64,000 bases of DNA from Macrostomum hystrix (taxonomy: Eukaryota; Animalia; Platyhelminthes). A model generated the notes under the pieces. The model did not search any database, was not told where the DNA came from, and saw nothing but the letters and a program-made list of their open reading frames with translations. A program made the translations under genes and the position numbers. Each line of letters opens with the position of its first letter. Within the stretch, counting starts at the first letter, position 1. The stretch covers positions 3,224,001 through 3,288,000 of the forward strand of contig CATNEN010000003.1 of assembly GCA_950097015.1 (NCBI GenBank). Reading direction: 5' to 3'. Shown in pieces: positions 10,601-22,600 of the stretch.

Positions 10601-13600
10601 AAAATATGAATTATGAATTATGAATAAGTAAGTTCCAGCTAGGAGAGTCCGAAAATAAGCGCATTTTCGATTTTCAAAACTCACCTGAGTGAAAGGTGAT
10701 ACGGCAGGCGTGCTCAGCGAAGCCCAAATCAGAAGGGGTGAAGCGCAGGTTGAGTGTAACGGCTCCGCGAGCAGGTATGCGGACCTCGCTTTCGGTAATT
10801 TCCAAGCCGAAATTATTAGTGTTGGACAGCTGCGGTCTGAGTACGATTGGAGCCGAGCTAGGATTCTCCAGCGTCAGTTCCTGGCAGATGTGCTGTCCAA
10901 GCTCGCACTCCATCGGTTCAAGGACCGTCAGCGGTGGCGGCGTCGCGTGCAGGTTCAACTCGTACCAGAATTCGCCTACGTCGCTGTTGAAGAAGATCAC
11001 CGAGCCGATGGTATCTTCAACAAGAGCTGGCGAGAAGCTTAGGCGATAGGTCGCCTCCTAATGATCGAGTTTTCATAAGAAATGATTTTAGCAGCTGTTG
11101 AATTCAAATAAAGGTTTCGATATTTAGTCTTCAGTACAGTGCGTGACCCACCTCAGCTGGTGCCAGGCGCAGAATCTTGCCTCCTCTGAGTGACTCTCCA
11201 TGAATTTCGGCGTCCAGCTGGATCTCGCGATCCGGCAGCGGGTTTCTCACCGCAAACTCCACCTCGCAGGTGCGATAGCAGGGGCAAGTTACCTCTAGGC
11301 GACCCATTGGTTCTCCGGGTGCCACGTTTAGCTCCATACTGTACCAAACACGGTGCTCCGTGCTCGGATTATCATCAATCGGTGGCATCACCTCGCCATC
11401 TGAGTCGTAGTCAACCAGTCGATCTTTATCAGCCACGAATGCGATCACACCTGATCAAGTGATGTAATATTCAGAGAATTAAACCTGAGCTCGCGGAACG
11501 AGCTTACAAACAACGTCTAAATTTAATTCATTACCAAATCGTGTTTACTTATCAATTAGCGAGGGAAAACGAAAATAAATAAAAGTGCAAAGAAAGAATC
11601 GACAATCGATGGGAAATATTTACAAACTGTCAAAGATGCGGCAATTTGGTAAGTTTCATATTTAGCCAAAACTCAGCATTGGGATGGTTAAATACGCGGG
11701 TTCCATTTAATTAGCAAATTTGCTGTGGAGTAGTTTTATTTCAGCTCCACCCAAGCGGACCGGCCAAAGCACGTTCTGTAGTCCTCCCTGTCCCTGGCTT
11801 TATTATACTCCTGCTCAAACGATGACGTTCAGGCTACGAATATCAGGCTGAAGTAACCAAGCGTGGGTAAAACAAACAAAAGGAACGCCACTGGCCCAAT
11901 TCTGGATCGGAAATTAATAAATGTCAGCGGAGCAGCAATAAAAATATAGGACGGTCATGAGCAGCTCTGCTGACGGTCAAATCCAGTTCTAATCCATTTC
12001 AGAGACATGCAGAACTTCTACAAAGTAAATCCAGCCTCGGTTACTGCGAAATGGAAACTAAAGGCCGACAATGCTAACGACATTAAAGACTTCGTCAATG
12101 AGAAGCAGTGGCCGCTGCTAATCAAATGCCTGCTGTCGGACGATGCCGCGGCACTGCGCCGATTCTCTGAGAGGCTTGACACCAACTGGTGCAAGTTTGT
12201 GTTGAGCTGGGACACCAATTGGAAGCTGCGCAAATGCGGCCAAGAATTTCAGCGCCACCAGCTAAGAGCCTTCGGACCCATGAAGGATCATCCCTACCCA
12301 ACCAACGTGTTCCTCATGGCCATCATGTTCAACGCCAAGCGGTGCTGCAAGTTCATTAAGCAGTCGGCGCAAGGTCTCGACCTTGCCGAAGTCACTGAGT
12401 ATGGCTTCAACGGCTATCACGTGCTGTTCCTGGGACTGCACGTTCTATGGCCGGAAGAGGCGCACGAGTACTTTAATGAACAGATTGACTACATGCGCTT
12501 CTACCTGACTGATCTATTTACCTCAGACCAGGTGGCTCGGATGTCCCACTCGCCGAACTGTCTGGCCTTGCGACCGCTCGACTGGGGCATCTTTCGCGGT
12601 CACGTCCGCGTAGTTGAGAAGCTCATGTACATGTCGCATACCTTGGATAGCAAGGCCATCGTGGCAGGAGTCATGGAGCACGTCCAGATTGACCTGTCGT
12701 TCTCTGTGAGCACATCTCTCAAACGCAACCTCACCGGTCTAGCCATCATGTCGGACCTGTACGGCGAAACTAATCTAGCCAATCTGAAAGCACTTGGTAT
12801 ATTTAGACGCCCGTTATTGATTGGTCCCTGGATTGACGCGGTGTTTTGGCGTAACACCTGGCTTCTGATTGTTTATTTCGTCGAGCGTCTGGTGCATTGC
12901 GCGCTGTCACTAATTTTCTTCAACTACGAGGTTGGCAACAGCATCATCGAAAAGTGCAAAAGCGGCACCGGGGCTGACTCAGCATTACCAGCAGGATTTC
13001 TCATCACAATCGGCTACAGTCTGTTTGCCAGCCTGTGGCAAACAATATCAAGCGTGCTCGGCGAGAGGCGGAAGCAATGCTACCGCCAGTCCAAGGGCTA
13101 TCAGAGCTTTCGAAGGGTTGGCATCAGAGACGCACTGCGGTGGCAACTGCCCTACCTGATATCGGCGGCGAACGCTGTTACAATAATCTACCTGGCGATA
13201 AGCCCCCACTTGGCCTGCAGTACCCTGGGCACAGACCATCTTCGCAGCATCATCGGCTGCCTCATGCTTATATACGTCCTAGCCAACATTCTCTCCGTAC
13301 TCCTCCTTAGCCGCCTGATCATGTTCATGTCCAAGTTTATCAACAGTTTCTATAAGAGCTTCTCGATGTTTGCCAACTTTTTGCTTTGCTACATTCTGCT
13401 GCTGTGCATCTTCGCTAGACTATTTCAGGCCTCCGGTCGATTCGTCTCCCCCATCGACTCGTCCTCGACGATCAGTTCCAGCTGCAATGGCTCGCAGTCT
13501 GATCAGCGATACCTGAACTTTGCCGAATCGTTCTACCAATCGTTCCTACTGACTCTGAATGTGGTCAACACGGGCACATTCTCGCCGCTGCCGGATCGAG

Positions 13601-16600
13601 TGGACCTTCTTGTGACCCACTTTGTCTTCATCCTTCTGGTGCCCACCCTGTTCATCAACTTTGTCACCGGCTTGTTGTCGTCCGTGGTCAGCGACACAAT
13701 GGATCACGACGTTGAAGCACTGTACCTTTTGAAGCTGAACTTTGGCGAATTTGCTGAGACCACTTATTTCTGGCTCTACCGACTCATCGACCGGATCAGG
13801 GGTAGCGAGTCGAAACTAGTCATTTCGCTCTGCATGCCGCTGCATTTGGATAGCAAGTCAATGTTTGACATCAAAGAGACTCTGTAGAATGCTGAATTAT
13901 TTTAGAAGACATTGTAGCCTGGAGTTTAGAGCGTCGGGCTCACGACCCGAAGGTCGAGGGTTCGATTCCTGAGTCCACTCGAGCATAGCATAGCATGGCA
14001 TAGCATAGTTAAATGGGTGTCAGCATCAACTGGGGTAAATTAGGGTGGGTGTGGCAACCTCCACTCACCAGGGTGCCACACCTTGGGGGGTCGGTGGCAG
14101 AGTGGTTATCGCGTTTGCCTCTCGCACCACGGTCCCTAAGTTCGATTCCACGGCGAGGCCACATTTATTTGGAGCGCAGCCGCGGAGAGAAGGCTTGAGG
14201 GCGTGTCGTGCAATTTACGCCCTTGAGGGCCAACCTCCAAGGCACAGTGAGAGTGTACACTGCCTGACGATGAGAAAGTCAGGGCAGATGTACACACCTG
14301 TGTGAGCGTGTGCCTGCGTACGGTATCTGTGTGCGTGTTTGCTGAGGAGTCAGCGAAATGGGCAGAATTGCCTCCTCGCTGGCTGCGGGTCTAGTGTCAC
14401 TAAACGATGTGCCATTGCCCGCAGCCCTCCTGCAATTATTATTATTTGTGGTACCCTCCCTCAGTCCATGGATTGAACATGAATAAAGTATCTGCTACCT
14501 CTGCCTAGTTCTTATGCCTCATTTTTACCTTCTCTATTCCATTTAGCTCGTATATGTCGTGGTCTTTATGTTAAATCACGCGACAGAAAAACAAATAAAC
14601 TAAACTTACCGTCAAATTTGCCTCGCTTATTAGGGGCAATAATCGCCGTGTATTCCACCTGCCTGCCAGGTAGCACTGTCACCTCCTTCTTGCCGCCAAC
14701 AAACGACAAATTACTCTCCACCTGGTAGAGCAGCTTCCGCTTGGAGTTGTTCGGAACCAACACCACCCGGGTGATCGTCTCGCCAACTTGGCAGTCAAAT
14801 AGCAGATGGTCCAAGGCCAGCGGCTTCCGACCGATGCCACCCAGAGTGTAGCAATGTTCAGTTCCATCGTCGAGGTTAGTCAGCAACAGACGGCCAGACG
14901 TCTCACCCTCGTGCGTCGGCCTGAAGGTCAGCGGATAGCTGGTGGTCTTGTACGCTTTGGCCAGGAGATAGTCGGGGCCGTGAAAGTTGACTCCGTGCAT
15001 CTCAGCCTTAAGTCGCCAGTCGTCCTTGGTCTGGTTGATGACCGGGATGTTCTGCAGGATGGCCTGGTTGACTGGACTCTCGAATTGAAGCTCGGCTGAG
15101 AAGCCCTCCGGTATGACGATGCACTCCACCCTGAATAGGCGCACATCGTCGTTGGCCTTCAGGATGATGGTGACTGGATACACGCCAGGACGCTTGGGAC
15201 GAAATTCCAACGGCAAGTCGAATGTTGTGACCGATGGATCTGCAAATTATTGACGTGGTTTTAGCTCGCGTTCGATGCTTGAAATGTTTTTGTTTAAACG
15301 TTGAACAGAAATCGAATTAGTTAATAGAGAGGCAGAGCGCGTTTGCCTCTCGCACCAAGGTCCCTGAGCTGGATTCTGCAGCGAGGCGACATTAATTTGG
15401 GGTGCAGTCGTGGAGAGAAGGCTTGGCGACTTGTCGTTAAAACCAAGAAGTTCATTTTTGTTCTTACCTTTCTTGAGCGAGTTATCCGTGCTCTTCGGGT
15501 GCGGAATGCTGATAACGCTGGGAGCTTTGAAGTGCGGCGAATCCAACTCAACTTGAAAGTCGATTGTCTCCTTGCTGAATTGGAATTTGCGCTGGAGGAA
15601 AGAAGTTTTTTTTTCTGAGAAATTTATTTTTTACTCTCGTGTATTGCACAAAAAGAGTCAATAAATATATTTCCTTGCGAAGTAGTGGGCTAGTGGTAGA
15701 ACGGTTAACGCATCTGTCTCTCGCACCAAGGTCCCTAAGCTCGATTCCGATCAGGCGAGACCTCATACATTTGGGGCGCAGCCGTGGAGAGAAGGCTTGG
15801 GGGTTTGTCGTGCAACTTACGCCCTTGAGGACCAACCTCCAAGGCCCAATGAGAGTGTACACTGCCTGGCGATGAGAAAGTCAGGGCAGATGTACACATC
15901 TTTGCGTGTGCCTGCCTACGGTATCTGTGTGCGTGTGTGCTCAGGAGTCAGCGAAATGGGCATAATTGTCTCCTCTCTGGGTGCAGGCCTAATGTCACGA
16001 AATGATTATTATGCATCTTTAAATAGCTAAAAATGCATCGGCTATAGACAAATCTAAACACACTGATCTGTATAGATCACAATGCATTCTCACCTTCTCG
16101 ATAGTGCTGCTGGACTTTTCAGGTTTCTTGCCATTGACCCCGGCTGCGCTAAGCATCTCCATGGCCTTCTCAACCAGAGTGCCTGATTCTAGCGTGCCGG
16201 TGACTCGACGACGCTGCACTTCCTTGGCGCTGAGATGCTGCTGGGCCGCCTGCAGCAGGGCCTTCTCCTTGTACTCATTGCTCAGTGGAATCTTCAGCAC
16301 CTCCTTGACCTCCTTGTTGGCCTCGGTGCGCCAGTACACAACGGAATGATCGTGCACAATGCTGCTCTGACCGCGACCTGCGAACGATTCGACGATAGGT
16401 ACTTCGCGTTTGTGATCGGGTTGATATTGATTTTTTTTTCGCTTTGATCGGACTAAGAAAATTGTGAATTCAACTTTGAAATGAGTATTTTTTCGTGCAA
16501 AGTCAATAGTGACGACAAAAATCGCATAGTCTACTATAAGTAGCTAACGATATTTTCCTCAGAGGACGTGATTATTCGATGTAGCTATGTAGCCAGCCTT

Positions 16601-19600
16601 TTTAAAAGTGACTTTCATGGAGATAGTTAAAGAATATACCTCGAAATTGCATAGCATCCGAGTAGGTATCCAATGCTTCTGACAAGTTTAGAAACTAATG
16701 ACCATCAATCAATCGTTAGGAGAATAAAATTTCCAAGAAATACTGTAGGTTAGAAACAAAGACTCACTGGCTGCCACAGCGCTGCTAATTCGCACGGTCT
16801 TCGATGGCGGAGCCGAGGCCGCGACCGCAGCGGTGGCGTCCTCCATCGGAATCCGAGTCGGCACCGGCAGATCCGCCACCGCGTCGACTGAGTAGACAAA
16901 CTCGCCAACAATGGGATTTCTCAGAACCACTAAGCACTGCTTTCTGTCCACCTGGAAGGGCAGGAAGTTCATGTCGATTTCGGCGCTGCCCCGAGCTGCC
17001 AGACGAATCACGGGCACGTGACAGAAGAAGGACTTCATGGACACTGGCGGCTCGGACCGACTCTGAGGACCCTTGGTGTCGACACTTTTTGGCGGTGGTG
17101 GGCCCTGCTTCGTCTTTTTCTTCTCAACTTGCTTCTCTGGCTGCTGCTGCTGCTGCTGGCGCCTCTCCGCATTGCTGAACAGCAGCTGATCTGGTCCGCC
17201 TTCAACCAGCGACACGGAGAACACGGCCTCGGAGTCGAATGGGTTGACAACGCTCAGTCGCACAGGTTTCAGCTCGTAGCAATGAGACGCCACCTGAACG
17301 GTGCTGATTGGTTGAATGCCGTTCACCTGGGTGACGAGGCGGAACACCTGGGTGGTGCCCTGATGCGGACCGGACGGTCGACCAATCAGAAGCAGCACAG
17401 CTTCGGCCGGGCGCAAGAATCTTGAGCGGAACTCGACGCTGACCGGCACTCGACCTTTCGGCGGCAGCGACACCAGGTCGCCTTTGGGCAGAGAAAAATC
17501 TGCCGCATCTTTGCCAGCCAGAACCGCACGATAAGCCAGGGTCTTGGCCACCGGATTCAGCAGCGTCACCTGTCTGGAGCACGTCTGATGCAGGCCGCCA
17601 GAGAAGTCAACGCTAGCCTTGATGATGTACTGCGGCAGGGTCTGGTACAGGTGGACGCAGAGCAGCATGAGCAGTATGGGATTCGGAGCGGTCAGGTCCA
17701 AGGCTTGGACGTCGAAGTCGACGCCAACGAAACGCATCGCGTTGACAACCCGGAGCGAGTTGTGCAGGCACTGCTCGGGTGTACTGGGCGCTGTGTACAT
17801 TCCGCGCAGGTGGCTGTCAACCAGGTAGGGGCAGTGAGCGCCCAGGACAGCCGCTAGGACGAGGCCGTCCAGTAGGTCGTGATCGAAGTTGATCACCCAG
17901 CGAGCTGGTGGGACCCCACCTAAGAAAATTATGGAATTATCGAATATAGAATTATTATGTCAGAATCACGTTCCCTAACAGGTATAGTTACTCCGTTTGT
18001 TCGATGAGAATACAGAACAGAACAAAAGAACTAAAGAACTTCGAAAAGAACTACTGAATATCTCGACGATGTTGGCGTCGTCGTAGGCAGTGGGTATTTG
18101 AAATACCTTCAAATTAGGTCTTTTAGCTACTGACCGATAGCACTGCTCACCCTTGTCACCGTCTGACCAAATCCTAGTCCTATAATTGTCATAGAAGTGA
18201 TTCAGCCAGGCCAGAAGGATTCGCTCATTGACAGTGTAGACATTGGAGGCTAGCGGAGACAGGCTGATGTTGGGCAGCTGCATGTGCGGATCCGGCTGCC
18301 GAAGGTTTTTGAAACTGCGAGGCGTCACCTAAAGTGAGCAAAGTTTAAAAAAACTTTGGAATAATAAATACTTTTATAGAGTTTTCAGAGAAAACTCCTA
18401 AGCAAGAGGTCGGGAGTTCGAAGGTCAGTTGTAATGGGGACAATTTGTGTCCAAGAGTAAGATAATTTTTGGGGCGAATGCTTTTAGAAGTCTCCACGAA
18501 AGCTGCAGCTGTGCCCACAGTGGCTGCACATGTGACTTCACTGTTCTAGGTATCATTTCTGTTCTCTCTACATTTGTTCGTACTTTTTGTTATTCGGTGT
18601 AGCTCTCAACGCGCTCATGGGTAATCTCAAATCGTGCGGGTTGTGTAGAGTAGATCTTTTTAGTCTATTTTAAGCGTGACTTCAAAACTCGACTTCTCTA
18701 CTCTGGAGGACTTAATAGCTTAGACTACTTGTAGTAGCTAGTTTTTGACAAAGAGTCTAACGCACCTTGTACAACACTAGTGTCTTGAGAATCTGCAGCA
18801 GCACATCGGTCCAAGCTCGCTTAGAGACGCACTCAAACAGCTCTTCGTCGCGTCCGGCCTCTTCAACGTCCCGAACCAGACGACCTGGCGACGGTTCCAC
18901 ACCGTCGTCGTCCGGGGACGAGCCACCTGTAGCGTCGGCGCCGGCGTCGCCAGCCGTGGAAGTCTTGCCCTGCAGCGCCTTCCAGCAGCGGTAGTCCTTG
19001 GGCTCCATCAAGTGCTCGGGTCGAACTGAGGCCAAGCAGCCTCCCTGGCTGCGCAGGAAGGTGAGCAGCGTGGCGTGCTGCCAGTAGATCTGCTTGACCC
19101 GCTCGGCTGCCTGACTCGGCAGGGCGGCGCTGATCGGGATGCCTGGAGCCGGTCTGCCGCACAGGTGGGTGATCATGTCGTAGAGAGTTTTAACCTCGCT
19201 TTTACCTCCGCCGGAGTCCAGGGCTGCTCCGGATTTGGCACCGCCTTTGTCGTCTTTGTTAGCAGCCGCGGCGTTTGTCTTTTTCCTGCGGCCGTCGTCC
19301 TGCTCGTCGGATTGCTGCTTCCGCGACAGGCCGCTGCGCATGCTGTTTGGCACCGTGACTGGAAACTGACCGCCGGGCCAGCCGTAGTTTGTGAACCAGC
19401 GCTGCACAATGCTAAGCATGTCTCTGTGGGAAAGGTGATGTGATTCGGAGGTTGGCCCTCAAGTGCGTAAATTGCACGAAATGCCCCAAGCCTTCTCTTC
19501 GCGGCTGCGCCTTAAATGAATTTGGCCTCGCGAGAGGCAATCGCGTTAACCGCTCTGCCACTCACCCACACCTTTTTTTATTCTTGCGCATTTTGGTGAA

Positions 19601-22600
19601 ATACTCGTATATAAAAAACGACTCAAAACCTACCGATAGAACAGTCCCTCCCGCTCCAGGTGATAGTTCTCATCGACCAGAGCCTCAGAGCTGCTTTCAG
19701 TGAGCGGATGCTCCGGCCAGCGAGTCTTGCCAGTCTTGCCGACCATCCCGGGCAGCCTGGGCGCTGATTGTCCAGTAGCTTTGCTACTGGAGGCCGGGTT
19801 GTTCACTGCGCCTTCTCTGGGCGTGTTCGAAGCGGCGGACTCTGAGAGCGTCTCCTCGTAGGATGTGCTCGAGTCTTCAAAATTTGAGCTAGTCGCCGTT
19901 GTGCTAGGACGACTTGAAGCGGCCGCCAGGCCTGGCAGATCTTCAGCTCGACAGGCAACCATCTGCGGCTCGCCAGTCTCAGTAGCCGGCAACTGCAGAG
20001 CTGCTCGGCGGCCTTCTAATAGTTTCCCTTGCTCGGTGACAATGTGAAAATCTTCGCGATGCTTCAGCACAAACGGGTAGAGTGTCAGCAGGCAGTTGTC
20101 AGCCGTAGCTGAGATCGGCAAGCGGGCCTGATTGCCGAAGCTGTCCCGAAAGAGAATCTCTTTGCTCAGCGAAACCGGCGTGCTAGCCTGGAAGGTCAGG
20201 CGGCATCGGAGCTCCACCAGTTGCGCCGAAGACGCGTCGCTGCCGTTGGAGTCGGGATCGCGAGCTGCCGGTAGGATGTCCGGTCCGCGACCGTCCAGAT
20301 ACTCCAGGCTCAGCGGCTCTATCGGCGAGCCGTCGTCAGCTTCCACCTGCGGCAGCGTGAAGTCGAGACGACACGCCGCGGCGTAGTTCGCGGCCAGAAC
20401 GGAGAACTGCACAGAGACGGGTGTGTGCAGGGGACACGGCGTCAGGTTTAGCGTCGGCGGAACAAATGTTATGCTTGGCCAGGTGAGCTCGCCACGCAGT
20501 GACAGGTGGTCGTAGGGAAACTGCCAGTCCTCGTTGATGACCACCGGTAGGCGAGCTTTGAACTGGCCCGGACGCTTCGGCGAGAACTGCACTGCCAGGG
20601 TGACAGTGGCTCCTGGATTCAGACGGCCCGAGAGGCGACGTCCGGCTTCGGTTCGCGTCTCGACTGGCGCAGCCTCGGTGCCTTCAACCGGCGTCAAATC
20701 GAAGTAAGCATCGCGCAGAGCTCTCTGACGATCAGGCAAATCTACAGCCCAGGAGATGGCTGCGTCACCGGTGTTTTCCAGCGTCAGAATCTGCACTCGA
20801 CCGTGCGACTTCGGCTGGTGCTGCGGCGGGGTCGACGGCGACTGGGCATCGTCGCTCAACGCCTCTGGCGCCAACTGGAAGGCGAAGTCGCGTTTGGACA
20901 GACGCAGCACCGGACGCAGGGCGATGCCTTTGACGAGCTTGCGCGGCGTCTGCACCACCGGGACGTGCGGCGTCCAACCGACTCGACCGCTGCCGCTGCT
21001 GGTCGCCGAGTCGATGCGGGACATGCTTACTCCGTCCTTGATGGTGGGCGCTGGTGACGGAGGTATCTAAAATTGTATTAAATAAGTTTTATGCCGTGTT
21101 TTAAAGGTCAGTTCTTTTAATACTGCTGTCAGTAATCAAATGCACAAACCGGTGTTGCTGCAGGGCTCGGCGCTCTCGTATTGTTAATCACCACGGGCAT
21201 CAGGAAGCTGTAGGACGCCACTTCGCGGGGTCGGAAGGTCAGGACAGCTTTCAGCGTCTCCTCTGGCTTCAGCGTGACCGTGTGCATGCCTGGATTAGCC
21301 AGATCCTCCGGGCTGCCCCGACCGCCAAAGTCCAACGAGAAGTCCGGATAGCGTTTGAGATCGAATTCCAGCCGCGAGTCAGTCTGGGTCCGGTTGACCA
21401 GCTCGAAGCTAATTGACTTGCTAGCTCCAACGTAGACGCCGTCAAAGTTGAACTCCTTCAACGGAATGTCGACGCAGGGCGACAGGATGGTGCCGCCCAT
21501 GCGCAGCTCGAGGTCGCGCCAGCCGCGGATGGCCACGCGGGTTCCGCAGTCGAATTTGGACACGGCCGACGGTGTGAACGAAATCCGAATCTCCTTCTGG
21601 CCGCCAACCGGAACAACTCCGCTCAGCGGCTCCAGTTCCATTCCCGGCCAGGGCTTACTATTGATTACGTGGAAGTAGGCATGATTCTGCGAGTTGTTCA
21701 CCAACACCGCCTTCTTCACCGTGGTCATGTTGAGCGGCACGGAGCCGAACATGACTCGACGGTTGACAAACTGGACATTGGTGGGGCCGAATTTGGCGAT
21801 GCACTTCAAGTTCAAGTCATTTCCACCCTCCACGTGCAGTCGGAAGTAGCCTTCGTCTGGCGCGTTGAACGACGGGCGGAACACGACCTCGCAGTCGATG
21901 TCTTTGAACGCTTCGACAACACCGGCGCGCGGTCGGATCGAGAAGGCGGTGTGCTGACGCTCCTTTAGCACCGGCTCCCAGCTGAACTCGGCAGGATGGT
22001 TGAGCCGGTTGTACAGAGTGATGACGCCGCGGATGCCAGCCTCTGCCGGCTGGCCTTCGCAGGGCACAACTTCCAGAACGCGCGTGCTGAGTTCCAGCTG
22101 CACCGGGACCACCTCAGCCAGGGCAATCACGTGATTGCGGTAGTTGCCGTTGATCACATAGCTGACATTGCGCTGGAAGCGACCCTGCAGGGCAGACTCG
22201 AAGATCAGCGGCACCAAGGCTTTGGACTTTGGCGGAACCACTTGGCTCAACGGGCTGGAGTGACGCAACTCGCGACAGTCGATTTCAACCACCAGGTGGA
22301 TGCTGGTGTCCAGGTTGTTCAGCACCGTCAGCTCCCTAGTGACGACTGAGCGAAGACAGACAACGCCAAAGTCGATGGTGCCCGGAGTGATGACCACCTG
22401 GTGCAGCTCCTGCGGTCTGAGCAGCATTCGGCATTCCTCCTTCTCCTTCTGGCTCATCGGCACCGCACTGAGACCGTCCTTGGCTGTCTGGTTTGCCGCG
22501 GTCTCCTTGACATCCTGGATCTCCTTGGTGCTCAGCAGCTGGTAGAGCTTGTTCGGTGGCTCCGGAGCTGTCGTTGCGAGAGTTGTTTTGAAGTAATTCA

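Noticed and set aside
14265-14290. Hammerhead-like CTGACGA...GAAA-GTC in SINE B
   Set aside because: No stem III, and stem I does not pair in register. The CUGANGA core is not conserved in other copies (CTGGCGA, CTGTCGA). A simple hairpin explains it.
14370-14383. GCCTCCTCGCTGGC, which matches my recollection of the HDV ribozyme P3/L3
   Set aside because: No upstream P1 partner, no GG for P1.1 and no P2 complement. The motif is not conserved in the copy at about 15970.
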